The position numbers and the translations under genes were made by a program. The notes beneath the pieces were generated by a model. It ran no database searches and was not told the origin of the DNA. It saw nothing but the letters and a program-made list of their open reading frames with translations. 64,000 bases of DNA from Microthyrium microscopicum. Its lineage: Eukaryota. The stretch is from the NCBI GenBank assembly GCA_010405405.1, contig MU004233.1, positions 1,625,122-1,689,121 of the forward strand, written 5' to 3'. How positions within the stretch are numbered: position 1 is the first letter of the stretch; the number at the start of each line of letters is the position of its first letter. Shown one piece after another: positions 24,415 to 37,522 of the stretch.

Positions 24415-25479
24415 ACTTGATAGTATTCGGGCTCGCGCCGTGTCCAGATACTAATAATTAGAAGTGTATTAAATCGCGAAGTCAAGGTCTTGAGAACATC
24501 GGAAACATGTCCGTCAAAACCTGGAGCCGCGACGAGCCGCAACGTCACTTAATATAAGAGGGGGAGGAGCTTTGCATGTGCCATCATTGCCCTGACTCTC
24601 TCCTTGCGTACACTTTGAACAAGGCTACATACGAGGCCGAACTACATGTACCAAAATCAGACGCAGCAGACCAAAGGCCGAGGATGCTACCCTGAACTAA
24701 CCAGTCTTAATCGTTTATCCATGGTATTGATTCGCGGGGTATTCCATGCTACTCACCGCACTTCCTTCGTTCATGTTTCTTAGAACTGTTCTGGTATATT
24801 GTGGGGTTATACTGCATAAACAAGCTTTTGCTACTGCGACCGTTTTGTCAACCACACTGACAGGTCACAGAGCTTGAGAATCCTTTTGGATCGCCACCAA
24901 AAGTCAAGAAACACACATAGGACGCGGCGTGAGATTATGCCTGAGAACTTTGATTGTTTTTCGGTAACTGGCTCAATTGAAATTTGTACCTTCCCGTTTG
25001 GAGGCAATCAATCACTTGACGAAAGATCTGATGATTGAGTTGGGATATTGACCACCGCGTTCAGCTTCACGGCGTTTGATATTGTTATTTGTCAGACTTC
25101 TTAGCTGATGTCATCCAGGTTTCATGATATGTACTAAATACTAATATTGAAGCACAGCTTACTGTCAGATTATGTTTTGCCCCTATACTCACGCCTTCGG
25201 GAAAGTGATGTGAGGTAACTGAGGTTTACTTTAGAGTACTAACAACAACCGAACAATTTTGGTTAGAAATTCGCAAGAAGTCAATACAACCCTGATTGGT
25301 TATTTGGTCTATCTACAGGAACCTTAACAAGGTGATCGATCTTCATCCTTGCTAGCTTTTATCAGGAGGAAGCATATAACGAAGTGGAATGCCACAAAAG
25401 TGGTCGCACTTTCAGCTTCAAAATGCATACCGACACAAGCAACAGTCTTGCCGAGCAGATCAAAATAAGACAGACAAAG

Positions 25480-26241
25480 TCAAGAACAATTTCGTTGCTT
25501 GTACTCGGGGCCTGGAGACAAAATCCGTTCCCAATTCTGTGCCTCTTTCCCTTTGATGCTTGGATGGTCATCACCCGTCGGAGCAACCACAGCACGCACA
25601 ATCAAATCGCCTCTTCTACCACTCAACCCACCCCCCAGTTTCGGATACGGTAGTCCCTTCTTGAAAAGGACCCGCTCCCACGAGCCGTCGATTCGATTAG
25701 CCATCGCCACGTCTAAATCCGGCCGGTCATCATGTAGGTAAGGCACGAATGGATGCACTACTAGCTCGATACTGCCATCTAGACAAGGTACCGCCTTCTT
25801 GAATCCATTTTCCGCTTCAGACTGTGTCAATTCGAGGGTATACACCAAGTTGGCACCTTCGCGGGTGAATACGTCGTGTGGTTCCTGCTGTGCTTAGTAT
25901 GGAAGTTGGCAAAAGCTGGGGAATATTATTACCTCTTCCAAGATGATCTCTATCAAAACGGTCTCGTCGCGTCCGTTGCGAACTAGATGTTGCCAATGCT
26001 TGATCGTAAGAGGTAGTTCTTGGCCTGGTTCAAGAAGGACTGGCTTCGTGGCTTCCCATGTCTCGCCGGGTGCTGTCTCGAAGATCAGAGTGAGTTGGCG
26101 AATAACACCGGTATTGACTTGCTCGAGGGTGTAGAAAGTGGCGATGCGTTGGTGGAATTGGCCAAGATGGACTGGTATTTCGACGTCTGGAAGGCGTTGG
26201 AGGTGCGATAGGAAACCACTGTTGTCTTGGGTGTTGGCCAT
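25480..26241 (-). CDS. Hsp40/DnaJ C-terminal substrate-binding-domain-like protein lacking a J domain; one intron at about 25888-25932
   Basis: Spliced EIILEE(Q)EPHDVFTREGANLVYTLELTQSEAENGFKKAVPCLDG and KGLPYPK...RRGDLIV resemble the class II Hsp40 C-terminus. No HPD motif or J domain upstream. Confidence 0.65.
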
Positions 26242-26886
26242 GGTGGATGTTTGCGGGCTGCAGTTGCTGGAGTAGACGTTGTGAGGTTGGCTTTGGAATG
26301 GCTGATGATGGCAAGCTATAAGAGTAGAGTTTTGTAGGACCGAGAAGTAGCAGCTTGAGTTCGAGTTTCAAGGATGGTTCAGAGGATGAAGTTGGATCTG
26401 TTCGAGCGAGGTAGGTTATTGACCTCTGGAACGGATTTCTCGGCGGTTGGACACGAGGTAGTGATCTGAGAATCGTGTCGTTAGGCATGTTTGCGCAGTT
26501 GTAGTCGCCGTCGCAGAAAATTGACGTGGATATCGGGATTTTGGCGATATACCGCGCATTGCATGCGCTTGATAGGTGAGCTAGAGATGTCGGTTCATGT
26601 TTGCTCTAACCAGAACGCTAAACTACATGCAGATATCATTTGTGTCTCGGCGGTCAACTGCTTACCTGATGTTATGTACCTTGATCATGTCGCTAAGAGA
26701 TATCCTGTTGAATGAGATGAGATAGGGAAACCAAAAAGCGCCATAAAACTAAATTTCAGCATTGCCACTAGCAAACGAGGAGGACAGCATAAAGCAGAAC
26801 ATAGATTGATATCATTACGCATACAAAACCAGCGCTCGCCGAAACCAGATGCAATACTAACCCATAATGTACATCATTCATCAGAC

Positions 26887-29614
26887 TCAAGCCTCAACTC
26901 TTACTCCTCGAGCTCCTCCGTTCTCGCGCACTGCGCCCGGCTTGCGTAGCGTATATTTGGCAAACGCTCGTGCAAGCGCCCGTTTGGCACTGACCTTTTG
27001 GCTGGCTACGAAGCTTTCGACGGCAACGGCGATGGCACGGTCAATGTCGACAGATGAACAGTAATCACTGAGACGCATCTTGCAGAAGGATTCAGCGATA
27101 CGGATGATGGCTTCTAAATGACGAACCTGGAGAATAATTCAGTAGGTGACAATCAGGATTACAGTTCGTGAAGGGATCTTACAGTGATTGGATAGGCGCC
27201 AGTAGCCATGCTTTCTTTACGCATGTCGGCAAATAGACGAGCGACTTTGTCTTGGTCGATTTGGTATAGCTTTGGCGAGCAGTGCTGACGAGCATAGAGG
27301 ATGTATTTGCGGAGAAGTTCCTGTGGGATTTCACCGCCCTGTTGCTGTTGAGGATCAACATCCATCTTGTCCTCGTCAGCAGGCTTTTTGCCCTTGGCAG
27401 TACCAGATGCGTTGGGTGTGCTGGCCGCTGGTGTAGATGCAGTTTTATCTGTTGCTTGAAGGGTGGGATGAGAGCGCGCATGGGAGTTAACCACGAAACT
27501 TGCCAATCTCTCATCTTCAGCTGGGTCGACTGTATCACGGACGACACAGAGGATATCGAATCTACTGAGAATGGGCTCAGTGAGTTCGACATTTTGGGAG
27601 AACGGAATAGTGCTGTTGTATCGGCCGCCGATAGGGTTGGCTGCGGCAACTACCGCGCAGCGTGCGTGAAGAGTGGTAACGATACCAGCTTTGCTGATGG
27701 AGATAGTTTGCTGTTCCATGGCTTCGTGAATAGATGTACGATCTTGGTCGTTCATCTTGTCGAACTCATCGATCAAGCAGGTACCGCGATCAGCGAGCAC
27801 AAGAGCACCGCCTTCCAAGGTCCATTCGCTAGTCATTGGATCTCGACGGACACTAGCCGTCAGACCGACTGCACTAGCTCCTTGACCGGTCGCGAAGACG
27901 GCGCGGTGGGCCGTTTGTTCAACATACTTCAGCACCTGGGACTTTGCAGTACCAGGGTCACCGAGTAGGAGAACATTGATATCGCCACGAATAATGTGCC
28001 CACCAGGTGCAGACTTGCCAACGCCTCCGAATAGGGATAGCGCAACAGCAGTCTTGATGTCGTTATGACCATAGATACTGGGCGCAATGGAGGCAACAAT
28101 CTTCTCCACGATCTTGGGGTCTCTGGCCAAACGGCGAATTTGGCGCTCATCTTCTTCAGTGATCCGGAAGCCTGCCAATTGATCGTGTGATTTGACAACG
28201 TAGTTCGCCTCTAAAATGGTTGCAAACACTGGGAAACCATTCTTGTTGTTGAGTTGAGCATCATAGTTATTTCGGTAGACACCGGTCACTTCGATCTCTT
28301 CGCCTGGTTTGCAACTATCGATGAGATCCCAAAGGAGGATGACTTCGCGGTGGCGTGGAAGACGACCTGCAGGAACAGTTCCAGGCGACTCTTGCAGGGT
28401 GATCTTCTGGTAGTTGCGATACACTGTTCGCTCCGAGTTGAGTGTAAATGGACCTCTAGATTGACAGTTTTGACAGTATGAAATTTTGACTTCAACGTGT
28501 GAGTCTTGAGAGAATGGCCCAAGGGTTACTCCGCATTTGACACAGTCAAATTGCACATATTTCAGTTGAGGGAATACGCCGCTTCGACGAGTAACAACTC
28601 CACTGACTCGGACTAAGCAGTTCAAGTGAGATTGTCGGAGTTGTCGAAGAGTGTACTGGACAGGAATATCGGTGATACGGACGTGAATGTCGGAGTGAAT
28701 CTTTTCGTAGTCAGGATAATGGAGTAATGTAGTATCCATGGCAACTTGATCGAAGATCTTGAGAATCTCGGTTGGTGTGTTGGCGACAAAGTATGCTAGC
28801 ACAGCCTTTGCAGAACTTAGATGCTCATACGAAACTTCCAAGGACTCTGCATTGATTTCTCCAAGGGTTCGGATTCGGTTGCCGTACACGGAAGTACCAT
28901 TCTCATCAGTGTACTCAGTGAGAAACGATTTGAATTCTCGAGCAATGGTCTTCTGGACAGCCGGCAGAGACACCCAGTCAGTAAGACTGTTGGCTTTGAC
29001 GTCTTGAAGCGCTTCCAGACTGAGTTCCTCGTCCATGATATTGGCGTCCATATCGACGTCCGCCTGATCTTCATCATACTGATGGCGACGCCTACGAGGT
29101 TGACGGGACAGGTCGACGAAACCATCTTCGTCGTCATCTGCGAGGTAGGCGGCTGGCAGATTGCGCTGACGCGCAAGCTCGCGATCACGGCGATTCAAGC
29201 GCGCTTCGAGTTGTCGTCGGGATGCATCATCTAGACCTTCGTAGTCTTCGTCGTCAATATCCGGGCCTTCATAGTTTTCGCTTCGCTGATCATTATAGTC
29301 TCTTTCAAAGTTGTCGGCAAACAGATCGATGCCTGCGTCCTCCTCGGCGTCTTCGTCAAGATCATCGATATCGCGGTCAAAATCATTCTCGTCGTCATCT
29401 TCGCCTAAACCGAACATAGGTGGCGGTGAAGATGCGGGAGCTGGTGATAAGAGTCAGTTTTCCGATCTCAAGAGCATATTATCTTGTACGTACGACTAGA
29501 TGGCGGCGCATTGGAAGAAGAGGGGGCATCGTTATCTCGTGCTCGCTTCAAACCCGAGCGGCTTGGGGCTCCACGGTTTGCAGAGGACATGTTAGGTCGC
29601 AATGGTGAACTCAT
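26887..29614 (-). CDS. MCM2: DNA replication licensing factor Mcm2; introns near 29445-29495 and 27129-27182
   Basis: Acidic N-terminus with GIDLFADNFERDY, zinc finger CVKC..CQNC, YQKITLQESPGTVPAGRLPR, GDPGTAKSQ, LIDEFDKM, ILSRFD. Confidence 0.97.
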
Positions 29615-29709
29615 GGCTATTCTTGATGTAAAGAGAGTTTTGCGAGAATTGACAGGTGTAATTGATCAGAAGAGTCGAGCAGACCTCCCTGATTGAAGTT
29701 GAGCAGGAG

Positions 29710-29734
29710 ACGCGTGAACGCGAAGTAGACGCGT
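29710..29734. promoter_or_regulatory. Clustered MCB (MluI cell-cycle box) elements upstream of MCM2
   Basis: ACGCGT 29710-29715, ACGCGA 29718-29723 and ACGCGT 29729-29734, about 100 bp upstream of the MCM2 ATG. Confidence 0.7.
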
Positions 29735-30336
29735 CGACTAGCGTGTTTTGTTCCACTGCTAAAGTGGTTTTTGCCTTATGGCCTTATATGCAATTGGTTT
29801 CCAGGCCGAACTTTGAACACGACTGCCCAAAAGATTGTTCAAAATTATCCCAGACCAAACAGAATGAAGGAATCTGGAATTCACTTTTGAAAAGTGTTTG
29901 CTATACTTATGAGGCTGCCCAGACCTCATGAGAACATTCATGATATCCCTTTCAATGCTCACCTGGCCCAGCAACTCGAATAAGCCATTTCCTTTGTCGA
30001 ATACCTTGGTCAGGATATAAGTATAGGTGTAATGTACAGTGAACTCCGTGTACAGCTGTTTAGAGACATGATGATAGAGTAAGTGGTGCATGTCTTAACT
30101 CATGAAAGCAAGCGAACTAACAAAGTAAGGATCGCGCGCCCAATGACCAAGGAGTCTCTCTCTGAGGCTGAAGACACATTTTTACACAAGGTTTTGATAG
30201 GCGTTCAAGCGTCTTAAGTTCTTGGGTGCAAAAAAAGTATCTAATATTCAAGAGTAGCAGATAGTAGACATCACACTCGATGCGAGCGTGCCAATGACCT
30301 TGTCACCCCATGGAAAAGCCTGATGGGTCTTTTAAA

Positions 30337-31575
30337 CTAGCCAGAACGAATGGCCATAGTGATTAGGAATACAAAAGCCGCGGCAATGATGGCCACAATA
30401 AGCCCCGCGATAGCGGCAGCAGCAAAACCAGGTGCAGACGGTTGCTTACCGCATTCGCGCGCCAACATCAAGGACTGGGACTCAAGGTCGTAGCATACTT
30501 GCTCTATTGAACTGCGTGCAGATGTGGTGTTTGGTTCGTTCTCAGATAACAAGGACTGAGACTCAAGGTCGTAGCATACTTGATCTATCGATGCGCGTCC
30601 AGCTGTGGTATTTGATTCATCCTGGACCTTATTGGCATCTAGATCATGATCCTCGAAAAAGTCTGGCTCGAATTCAATGGCGTAGTATCCATTTTGTGGT
30701 TGGTGATTGGGTAAAGAAGACCTTGTTGAGCTGGACATATATCTCACAGTCTCAATTGTATCGTATCCGATATGGAGGGCTGGTAAGCCGCCGAAGGACG
30801 CGCACTCTTTTTTAGCTGCATCGTATGCATGCTTTCGGGATTGGCTCCAAAAGACATCTTCTCTGACGGGGCAGTGGCCAAGTCCTTGCAGAAGGAAGTA
30901 ATCGTGTAAAGACCTTAGGTAGCATTCGTAGGATCTTCCTGGATACAGAATAGGTCGCCCCTGGGCTCGATAGCGCTCAAGTACATAACATGCCTGAACA
31001 TCAAACCCATGCTCCAAAGCCAATCTCTCCCATTTCTGCGCATAGTCATGTTGAACTCCATTCATCCTCGCGCAAAGTTTGTTTGCTTTCCGTCTTTCCT
31101 TCAAGGGATCCAGGATTAAACGTTGAATTGTATCAGCCTTGGATCTCCTTACTGACTCTTTCAGCATACTTTCCCCAATATTTGCTATGAGGTACGCGGT
31201 GATAGAGGAGAGGTTGGCTATTTCAAGGCGAAAAGGCAATCTGGTAGCGATGCCGTGCTTTACCGTTGTTTCATCGGCCAGGAGATCGTTAGTTTGCGGC
31301 CGGTGAGAGATGAGGTATGATAGTGTATCCATGAGCATACCTACATCTGCTGAGGGCCTACAGTATGCAATCGCGTTATCGGCGTCCGTTTCCTGGGAAG
31401 AATGAGCTGGTATCATTCTTTCTAATGTTGCGCCGGTCATGTTAGCTGGTGAGCGACCAGTATGTTTGTCATGCGGTGGTATGGTTTCTGGGACTTGCTG
31501 ATCCGCGTTGACGCTGTCCAGATATGATGAATATGCCGCCAAATAAGCCGCATGTGCCTCATTAACAACGTCCAT
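30337..31575 (-). CDS. Uncharacterised 412-aa protein with a C-terminal membrane anchor and an internal 27-aa duplication
   Basis: Long intronless ORF; terminal hydrophobic helix FAAAAIAGLIVAIIAAAFVFLITMAI; repeat NTT..R.SI.QVCYDLESQSL twice. Confidence 0.7.
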   Translation of the reverse strand: MDVVNEAHAAYLAAYSSYLDSVNADQQVPETIPPHDKHTGRSPANMTGATLERMIPAHSSQETDADNAIAYCRPSADVGMLMDTLSYLISHRPQTNDLLADETTVKHGIATRLPFRLEIANLSSITAYLIANIGESMLKESVRRSKADTIQRLILDPLKERRKANKLCARMNGVQHDYAQKWERLALEHGFDVQACYVLERYRAQGRPILYPGRSYECYLRSLHDYFLLQGLGHCPVREDVFWSQSRKHAYDAAKKECASFGGLPALHIGYDTIETVRYMSSSTRSSLPNHQPQNGYYAIEFEPDFFEDHDLDANKVQDESNTTAGRASIDQVCYDLESQSLLSENEPNTTSARSSIEQVCYDLESQSLMLARECGKQPSAPGFAAAAIAGLIVAIIAAAFVFLITMAIRSG

Positions 31576-32305
31576 CGTAGGAAAGCGGATTGTGGTAGAA
31601 CTCTGTTGTAGTGTCCTGCTTTGATAAGGAGATGATGAAACCGACGTTTAATACCTCACGATCAGCAGTATAGATGACAGTACGCGAGCGAGGCAATACG
31701 ACATGTGTGCAGAAAGAACAGGTTACAGTTTTGTACTTTCGTGATATGGCTAGGAAACTTGGCAGTCAAGTGTACCAGAATAGGTCTGAGCTGTGTCCAA
31801 AGTCCAGTACTGGCGCGATCCCTACAAGATACACCCAGCAGACATATCGAGCTTAAGAGTATGTCCGGAACTCTTGACCGAGGTTAGCGCGAGTTGTGAG
31901 TATTGCCATGATTACGAATATGATATTCCCAGTGTTGTTACCTTCTCATTGCACGACGATCATGTAAGCTCTCTCAAGCAAGAACACAGAACATATTTCA
32001 CTCATTGACTTTCGGAGTCTCCACCCCGGACGTGTGTCCTCTGATCATCTTTACCAGATGTCTGATGTGTAACCGAGCACGAGAGTATCAAATTCGATGG
32101 TCGATTTGGAGGTCAACACATCTACCTAGTGCCGCATTCGTGGTAAAAGGTAGTAGTCCGCGGAGTGTTCGAAAGTCCCGGTTATTGTCAAGATACGAGC
32201 TGTGGTGTTAGACGCCGCAATCTTGGCCTTTTGACTTCTCATAACATGAAAGAACTTAGATTGGAGAAAAAAGACAGGAGATGATGAGAAGGCATAGGAG
32301 GTAGC

Positions 32306-32528
32306 TCGACCAACGGCATGGCAAAATAAATGGCGTACTCCCATCATCTCTGATGGCGCCCAGAGGCTACGGTCTATTATCGAGTGCTTTCTTTGCTATA
32401 AAGGGCGTTCGGATTGGGAGTATTTATCAGATACGATGGGAATTAAAGCGCCTTTTAATTAGCAGCGCTCGTGGTAGCCATCAGAGTTGATGGGAGTACG
32501 CCATTTATTTTGCCATGCCGTTGCTCGA
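32306..32528. repeat. Long inverted repeat (52-bp arms, 2 mismatches, 119-bp spacer)
   Basis: 32306-32357 TCGACCAACGGCATGGCAAAATAAATGGCGTACTCCCATCATCTCTGATGGC versus the reverse complement of 32477-32528. Confidence 0.92.
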
Positions 32529-32746
32529 CGAAAGGAGTGACCCGGGACTCGGGACTTGCCGCTAGCGCGATTGCCTCCAAAGTTCAAGGCACGGCAAGCC
32601 TCAAGGTATCAACGCGCATCGCAGACTCAACTCCCCAACGCGACCACTTTGACCCATATCAAATTTTCGCACACTCCGCTCATATCCAAGTTTTGACTAC
32701 CCTAGAACACCTCATCTGCGCGCTCACCGATTTCACCTAGCTCACC

Positions 32747-34536
32747 ATGGACCCGCCACCTCAAGCCAAACTCAATCGCTCCAACAGCATCTCCCAAGCG
32801 TCTGAAAACTCCCAAACTGCTCAGGAGTAAGTCAATCCGGGGCATAAACCTGTGTCGCGCGCATATATCACTTGCTAATTCCCATAATAGGTTCATCAAC
32901 AGTCAATTGGAGCTCGAGGCTGAAGCCCGAGAAGCTCTACCATATGTCAGCCTGCCTGCTCCCATTTCCCTCCATACATCGCTGACATAAACCAGCAATT
33001 CGATCAGTGTACGCGCCATCTAGGCTCTATACGTCAACTCCTTTTCTCCTGCCTTACCTGCAATCCTCCTCCTTCCGATCCTAACGCGTCATACAACCCC
33101 GCCGGTGTCTGCTACTCCTGCTCCATCTCCTGCCATGGCGAGCATGAACTAGTTGAGTTGTTCAACAAACGTGACTTCACATGCGATTGTGGCACCACTC
33201 GATTCTCGGCTACACAACCATGCACTTTGCGACTGAGCGAATCGACTGGAGAGAAGGGCGATGTACATTCTGAAAACTCCGAAGCGAACAATAACTATAA
33301 TCAGAACTTTCGCAACAGATTCTGTGGCTGTGGCGCTGAATATAACGCTCATAAGGAGAGTGGTACCATGTTTCAGTGTCTTGGTCTCGGAACTGTTGAG
33401 GAGGGTGGATGCGGCGAGGACTGGTATCATCCAGAGTGCTTGATGGGTATTTCCAGAGACTGGCGCGAAATTAAGAAACAAGAGGCGGACGCTCTGAAAA
33501 ACTCGCTTACCGAAGCTGTCCCTCAAGAGATAAAGGAAGGAGGCGACGCGACCAAAGCAGCAAGTGTCAACGGGAACGGGGATACCGTCATGCAGGAATC
33601 CCTTCCTGTAGGCGGTCCGGTTCGCGAGGAGGAAGAGGATGTTTTTGATGATGATAATCCACAAGGCTTCCCCCATGAAGATTCATTCGAGTATTTGCTA
33701 TGCTATAAATGCGTTCAGGCCTTCCCTTGGATCAAGAACTATGCTAGCCGACCTGGTTTCCTCTCACCACTATTCTATGGCAAGTCCAAGCCAGTAGAGG
33801 AAGACGCGACAGCTGGAAGTGAAATAGTTTCGGATACAGAATCACGGAAACGGAAGGCAGACGACGGGGACGATAGCGCGATCCAACCGCTCAAGAAGCA
33901 ACGAAATCTGGACGACACCCCTCACGATGCAGCAACAAGCCATACAAATGGTACCACGAATGGCACAAACGCAGAGTCAATTATCACCAACGACACATCG
34001 GGTTCGAAATGCACATATCCGACTATGTCGCCGCCGACGGAGCCATTAACTCTCTTTCTGACCGCCGACTTCCGCGACCATCTTTGTCGCTGCTCCACCC
34101 ATTATCCGCTCCTCGCGCCGCATCGCCAACTCCTCGAAGAAGAAGACAACTACGAACCTCCACTCTCATCTGCTGGTGATGAAGCCCCGGGCAGCCTGGG
34201 CAGTCGATCACTTCTCGAGCGTGGCGAAGCAGCGCTCAGCAATGTAGATCGAGTGCGAGCTATCGAGGGTGTCATGGTGTACAACCACCTGAAAGACAAG
34301 GTCAAAAGCTTCCTGAAACCGTTCGCCGACAGCGGAACTGCCGTGGGCGCAGAGGATATCAAGAAGTATTTCGAGACTTTGAGAGGCGACGCAGAGGGCA
34401 TCCAGAAGGCTGGAGAGAGTGCAGAGAAAGGTGGGAAGGATGGAGGCGGAGATGGAGACGGACGAAAGGAACAGAGTGGTGAGTGGTCCTAACAACGTTA
34501 TTTTGCAGAATTACACTGATGTGTGCAGGTTATTGA
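32747..34536 (+). CDS. UBR7/Mlo2-like protein (UBR-box zinc finger plus PHD-like finger), putative E3 ligase; 3 introns
   Basis: QLELEAEAREALPY, RQLLFSCLTC, GVCYSCSISCHGEHELVELFNKRDFTCDCG, YNQNF.NRFCGC, MFQCLGLG...CGEDWYHPEC, VDRVRAIEGVMVYNHLKD. Confidence 0.9.
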
Positions 34537-35331
34537 GTCTTCAGGTTGGCTATGGAGCTCTCAGGGGGAAGAACGTGGTGATGGTTAGAGGAATACTGAA
34601 CCTGTTTGACTACTGTTCTTCCATCAATACTGAAACGTTAAAGAAGAGAAACAGCAAGATCATGGCACTTCTTTAGAGTATTCTGTTGAGGATCAAATTC
34701 TATATCAAGAAGAGCATCTCAAAACTCGCTTAACCCCATCTCTTGGCTCTTGCACACGACATGAAATCAAGCTTTTACCAAGACCACACCATTCCATTCG
34801 GTGTGTTGTTGTTCCTTCATCGAGCTGTCCATTGGCTATTTGCTATCAGGCTGACCGAAGAAAAAGCAAGCATTACTCAGCCAAGGCAGAGTCTGCTCCA
34901 CTTTAATTTCCACTAGTGTCACTCCTCATTCTTCTTTGAGCGGAGTGTACTCCGGCCGTCGGGACGGAGCAACTACAACTGGCTCCTGAACCCTCCACCA
35001 ACACTGCCTCTCGTCTCTTTTTACACACTACTGCGCGCTCTCGCGCTTAACTGTACCACCACTTTCCTAACCTGACAAGACATTAAATCTAGTGGTTGGA
35101 AGGCTAGACTGCGCCCAAAAAAAACATCGTGACCTTTACTGGACCAATCTGGACTTTACAAGAGACTTGGCGCTACGGCGCTCTGTACGCGAACCAATGT
35201 GTCAACTCGTGTCTTCAGAATCTGCACAGCCGCAGGTCGTTTGGCCGTTCGGTCAAGAGTATGGCTGAAATACCCCCTTCAGCACGCAATTCTGTGTTCT
35301 TGAATTCTTTACTCTTTCAATAATCACAATC

Positions 35332-36346
35332 ATGAAGCCTTTACTTTTAACTGCTGTCGCTGGACTTGCTGGCGCTACCCTTACTCTCGAACCCATAAAG
35401 CGAGCCATCTTTCCACGCGATCTCTCCTCATGGGGCGGCTTCCCGATTCTCCAGGATAGCGGCAACTGTGTATCTGGAACTACTACGTGTGGGACAGCAA
35501 GTTGTTGTCCAAATGGCTGGACATGTAACACATCCGGCTCCCAACAAGCAAGCACCTCTGCACCCATTTGTTGTCCGTCTAGTACGTGATTCAGTCCTAT
35601 TGAAAGGCTCAGTAATTGTAATACTAACCTTTCAGGCGGTGATTGCACCGCAACGGTGTTGGCACTCCACACTTGCGCCGATACTAGCTGGGATTTATAC
35701 TCATTTGGCGGATACTTCTGCTGCGCGTCCGACACCGTAGGCACGTACTCATCGGCAGGCAAACAATGTCTGGCCAAATCACTGCCCATCCCAACGAGTA
35801 TATCGCTCACTAAGGTAAGCCTATTATATCTTTAGATATTACAGATGCAGGCTAACGCGACGCAAGGTCACCCAAGCAACTAGCACTCCCACAGGTGCCG
35901 CGACCAGTGGAGGTTCGAAAGTGACCAGCGCAAGTGCAGGTACAACTACAGCAGTTGGCGGAAACACAAGCTCCAGCAGCGGGTCAAATTCTGGCTCAGG
36001 ATCTGGTTCAAGCGGCACTGTCACGAAAGTTCCGCAAACCGCCGCCATCGCAATTGCAGTTCTTGCCGGTGTAGTAGTTCTACTGGTCATATTCATCATC
36101 TGGCGATGCCGCAGAAGCAGAAAGAACGCGCAGGCTCATATACCCCAGGCGCAGCCGCAGTTTCAACAATATCCAGGAGGATCTCCGATGAACGCGCCAG
36201 TCTCGCCAGTCAGCTATCCGGTGCACCCTAGTCCTCCAATGTATAAAGCACCTACTCCAATGGCGCATGAATTGACTGGGCAAGGGGTCACTGGGCCAGT
36301 CTATGAGGCCAATGCAGTTCATCGTGTCGAGTTGGATGCCAGGTAA
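35332..36346 (+). CDS. Type I membrane protein: signal peptide, Cys-rich domain, Ser/Thr/Gly stalk, TM helix, Pro/Tyr-rich tail; 2 introns
   Basis: MKPLLLTAVAGLAGA; C..G...C...CCP.G..C...ICCP...DC...C...YFCC; TM AAIAIAVLAGVVVLLVIFIIW followed by RCRRSRK; tail HEL..VYEA..VELDAR. Confidence 0.8.
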
Positions 36347-37522
36347 CACAGGCAGGTACTATGCCGTATAATAATCAATCGTTTCTAGCTCATAAAGGCC
36401 TATCGATACAAAGTCTCGTGCATAATGACTGGCGTTTTTGCAGCAGGATATACAGTTTGTGTTCATATAACTCGGGACAACAGGTTCTGAATAACATACA
36501 GATTTCATGTTTAAACTAGCAATTGCTTCCGCTGCAACCGTTGAATGGCAACTCAAGTATCACGCTTTAAAAGTACTTTCATGCTCTCCACGAATGCCTA
36601 TTTTCCATGGCACGAGCAGCGTATGTTCTGAGAATGCAAAAAAATGCAAAGACAACGACCTGAATAAGCTCCACCAGCCGCCCGGCGATCCGCATCGAAT
36701 AACTCTCTCCCTATCGATTTCATCAATAAACTCAACTCGATAACAGAAATATCTTCGGAGCAAATCAGGAGGCGAATCGAAACGGATTCTGATTTGAATC
36801 CAGTCTAGCCTCATTGAGTTTAGACTGAGATCTGGATGAAGCTTAACAAATTGTTAATCCTACTTCCTCCTTCCACGCTCTACCCATTGCCTATTTCATA
36901 CCCTGTCATACCAATTTGTTGGTTGAAATAGAGTAGACTAGAGCAAGTTTCAATTCTGCTCAGCCACCATAGCTTCTCTTCGATCGAGCCACTTCGCACT
37001 GTTGCCAACGTAGTTAGTTGGAGACATGCTGTAGCCTCCGAGGTCACTTCAATTCCTGACCTAGGCTGTCATACATGTCACCATTCGATATCAGGGTAGT
37101 TGAAGTTGCATTGCATTCATTCGTTATGAGATGTAGAAATGTCGTGCTTGATGCGGCTCCGGTTCGCTGGAACTGGATTGCAGATCACTGCAGAATTAGA
37201 TATAAAGGATTTAGGTTCGTGACACGTATCTGACTTTCCAGACCATTTATAATCGTAAGTAAAGCCCCGAAAAAGCATAGCAATTAGTCTTCTCCCATTA
37301 GATGCTGATCATTGTTACAGCACCACTTCCTGTTGAAGATTAGCCCATATTTACAGATTAAAGGGGCTAAAACAATTCGTGCTCCACACCTTCCCTGCTT
37401 CCCGGGTACGATATAAAGCCACGAAAGCTTGTGATGCTTGTTTTACTTGTTTTCGCCTGGCTCACCTGTAACAATGCTAGAAACATTGCTTTAGTCTTCC
37501 AATCGGCTATCAACCTGACAGC

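Noticed and set aside
27179..29234. Long antisense and alternate-frame ORFs over MCM2 (and over other genes)
   Set aside because: Shadow ORFs expected from codon bias of the real genes.
36760..36840. Small adjacent stem-loops resembling a ribozyme or ncRNA
   Set aside because: Stems are only 7-8 bp and there is no hammerhead CTGANGA/GAAA core or other recognisable family motif.
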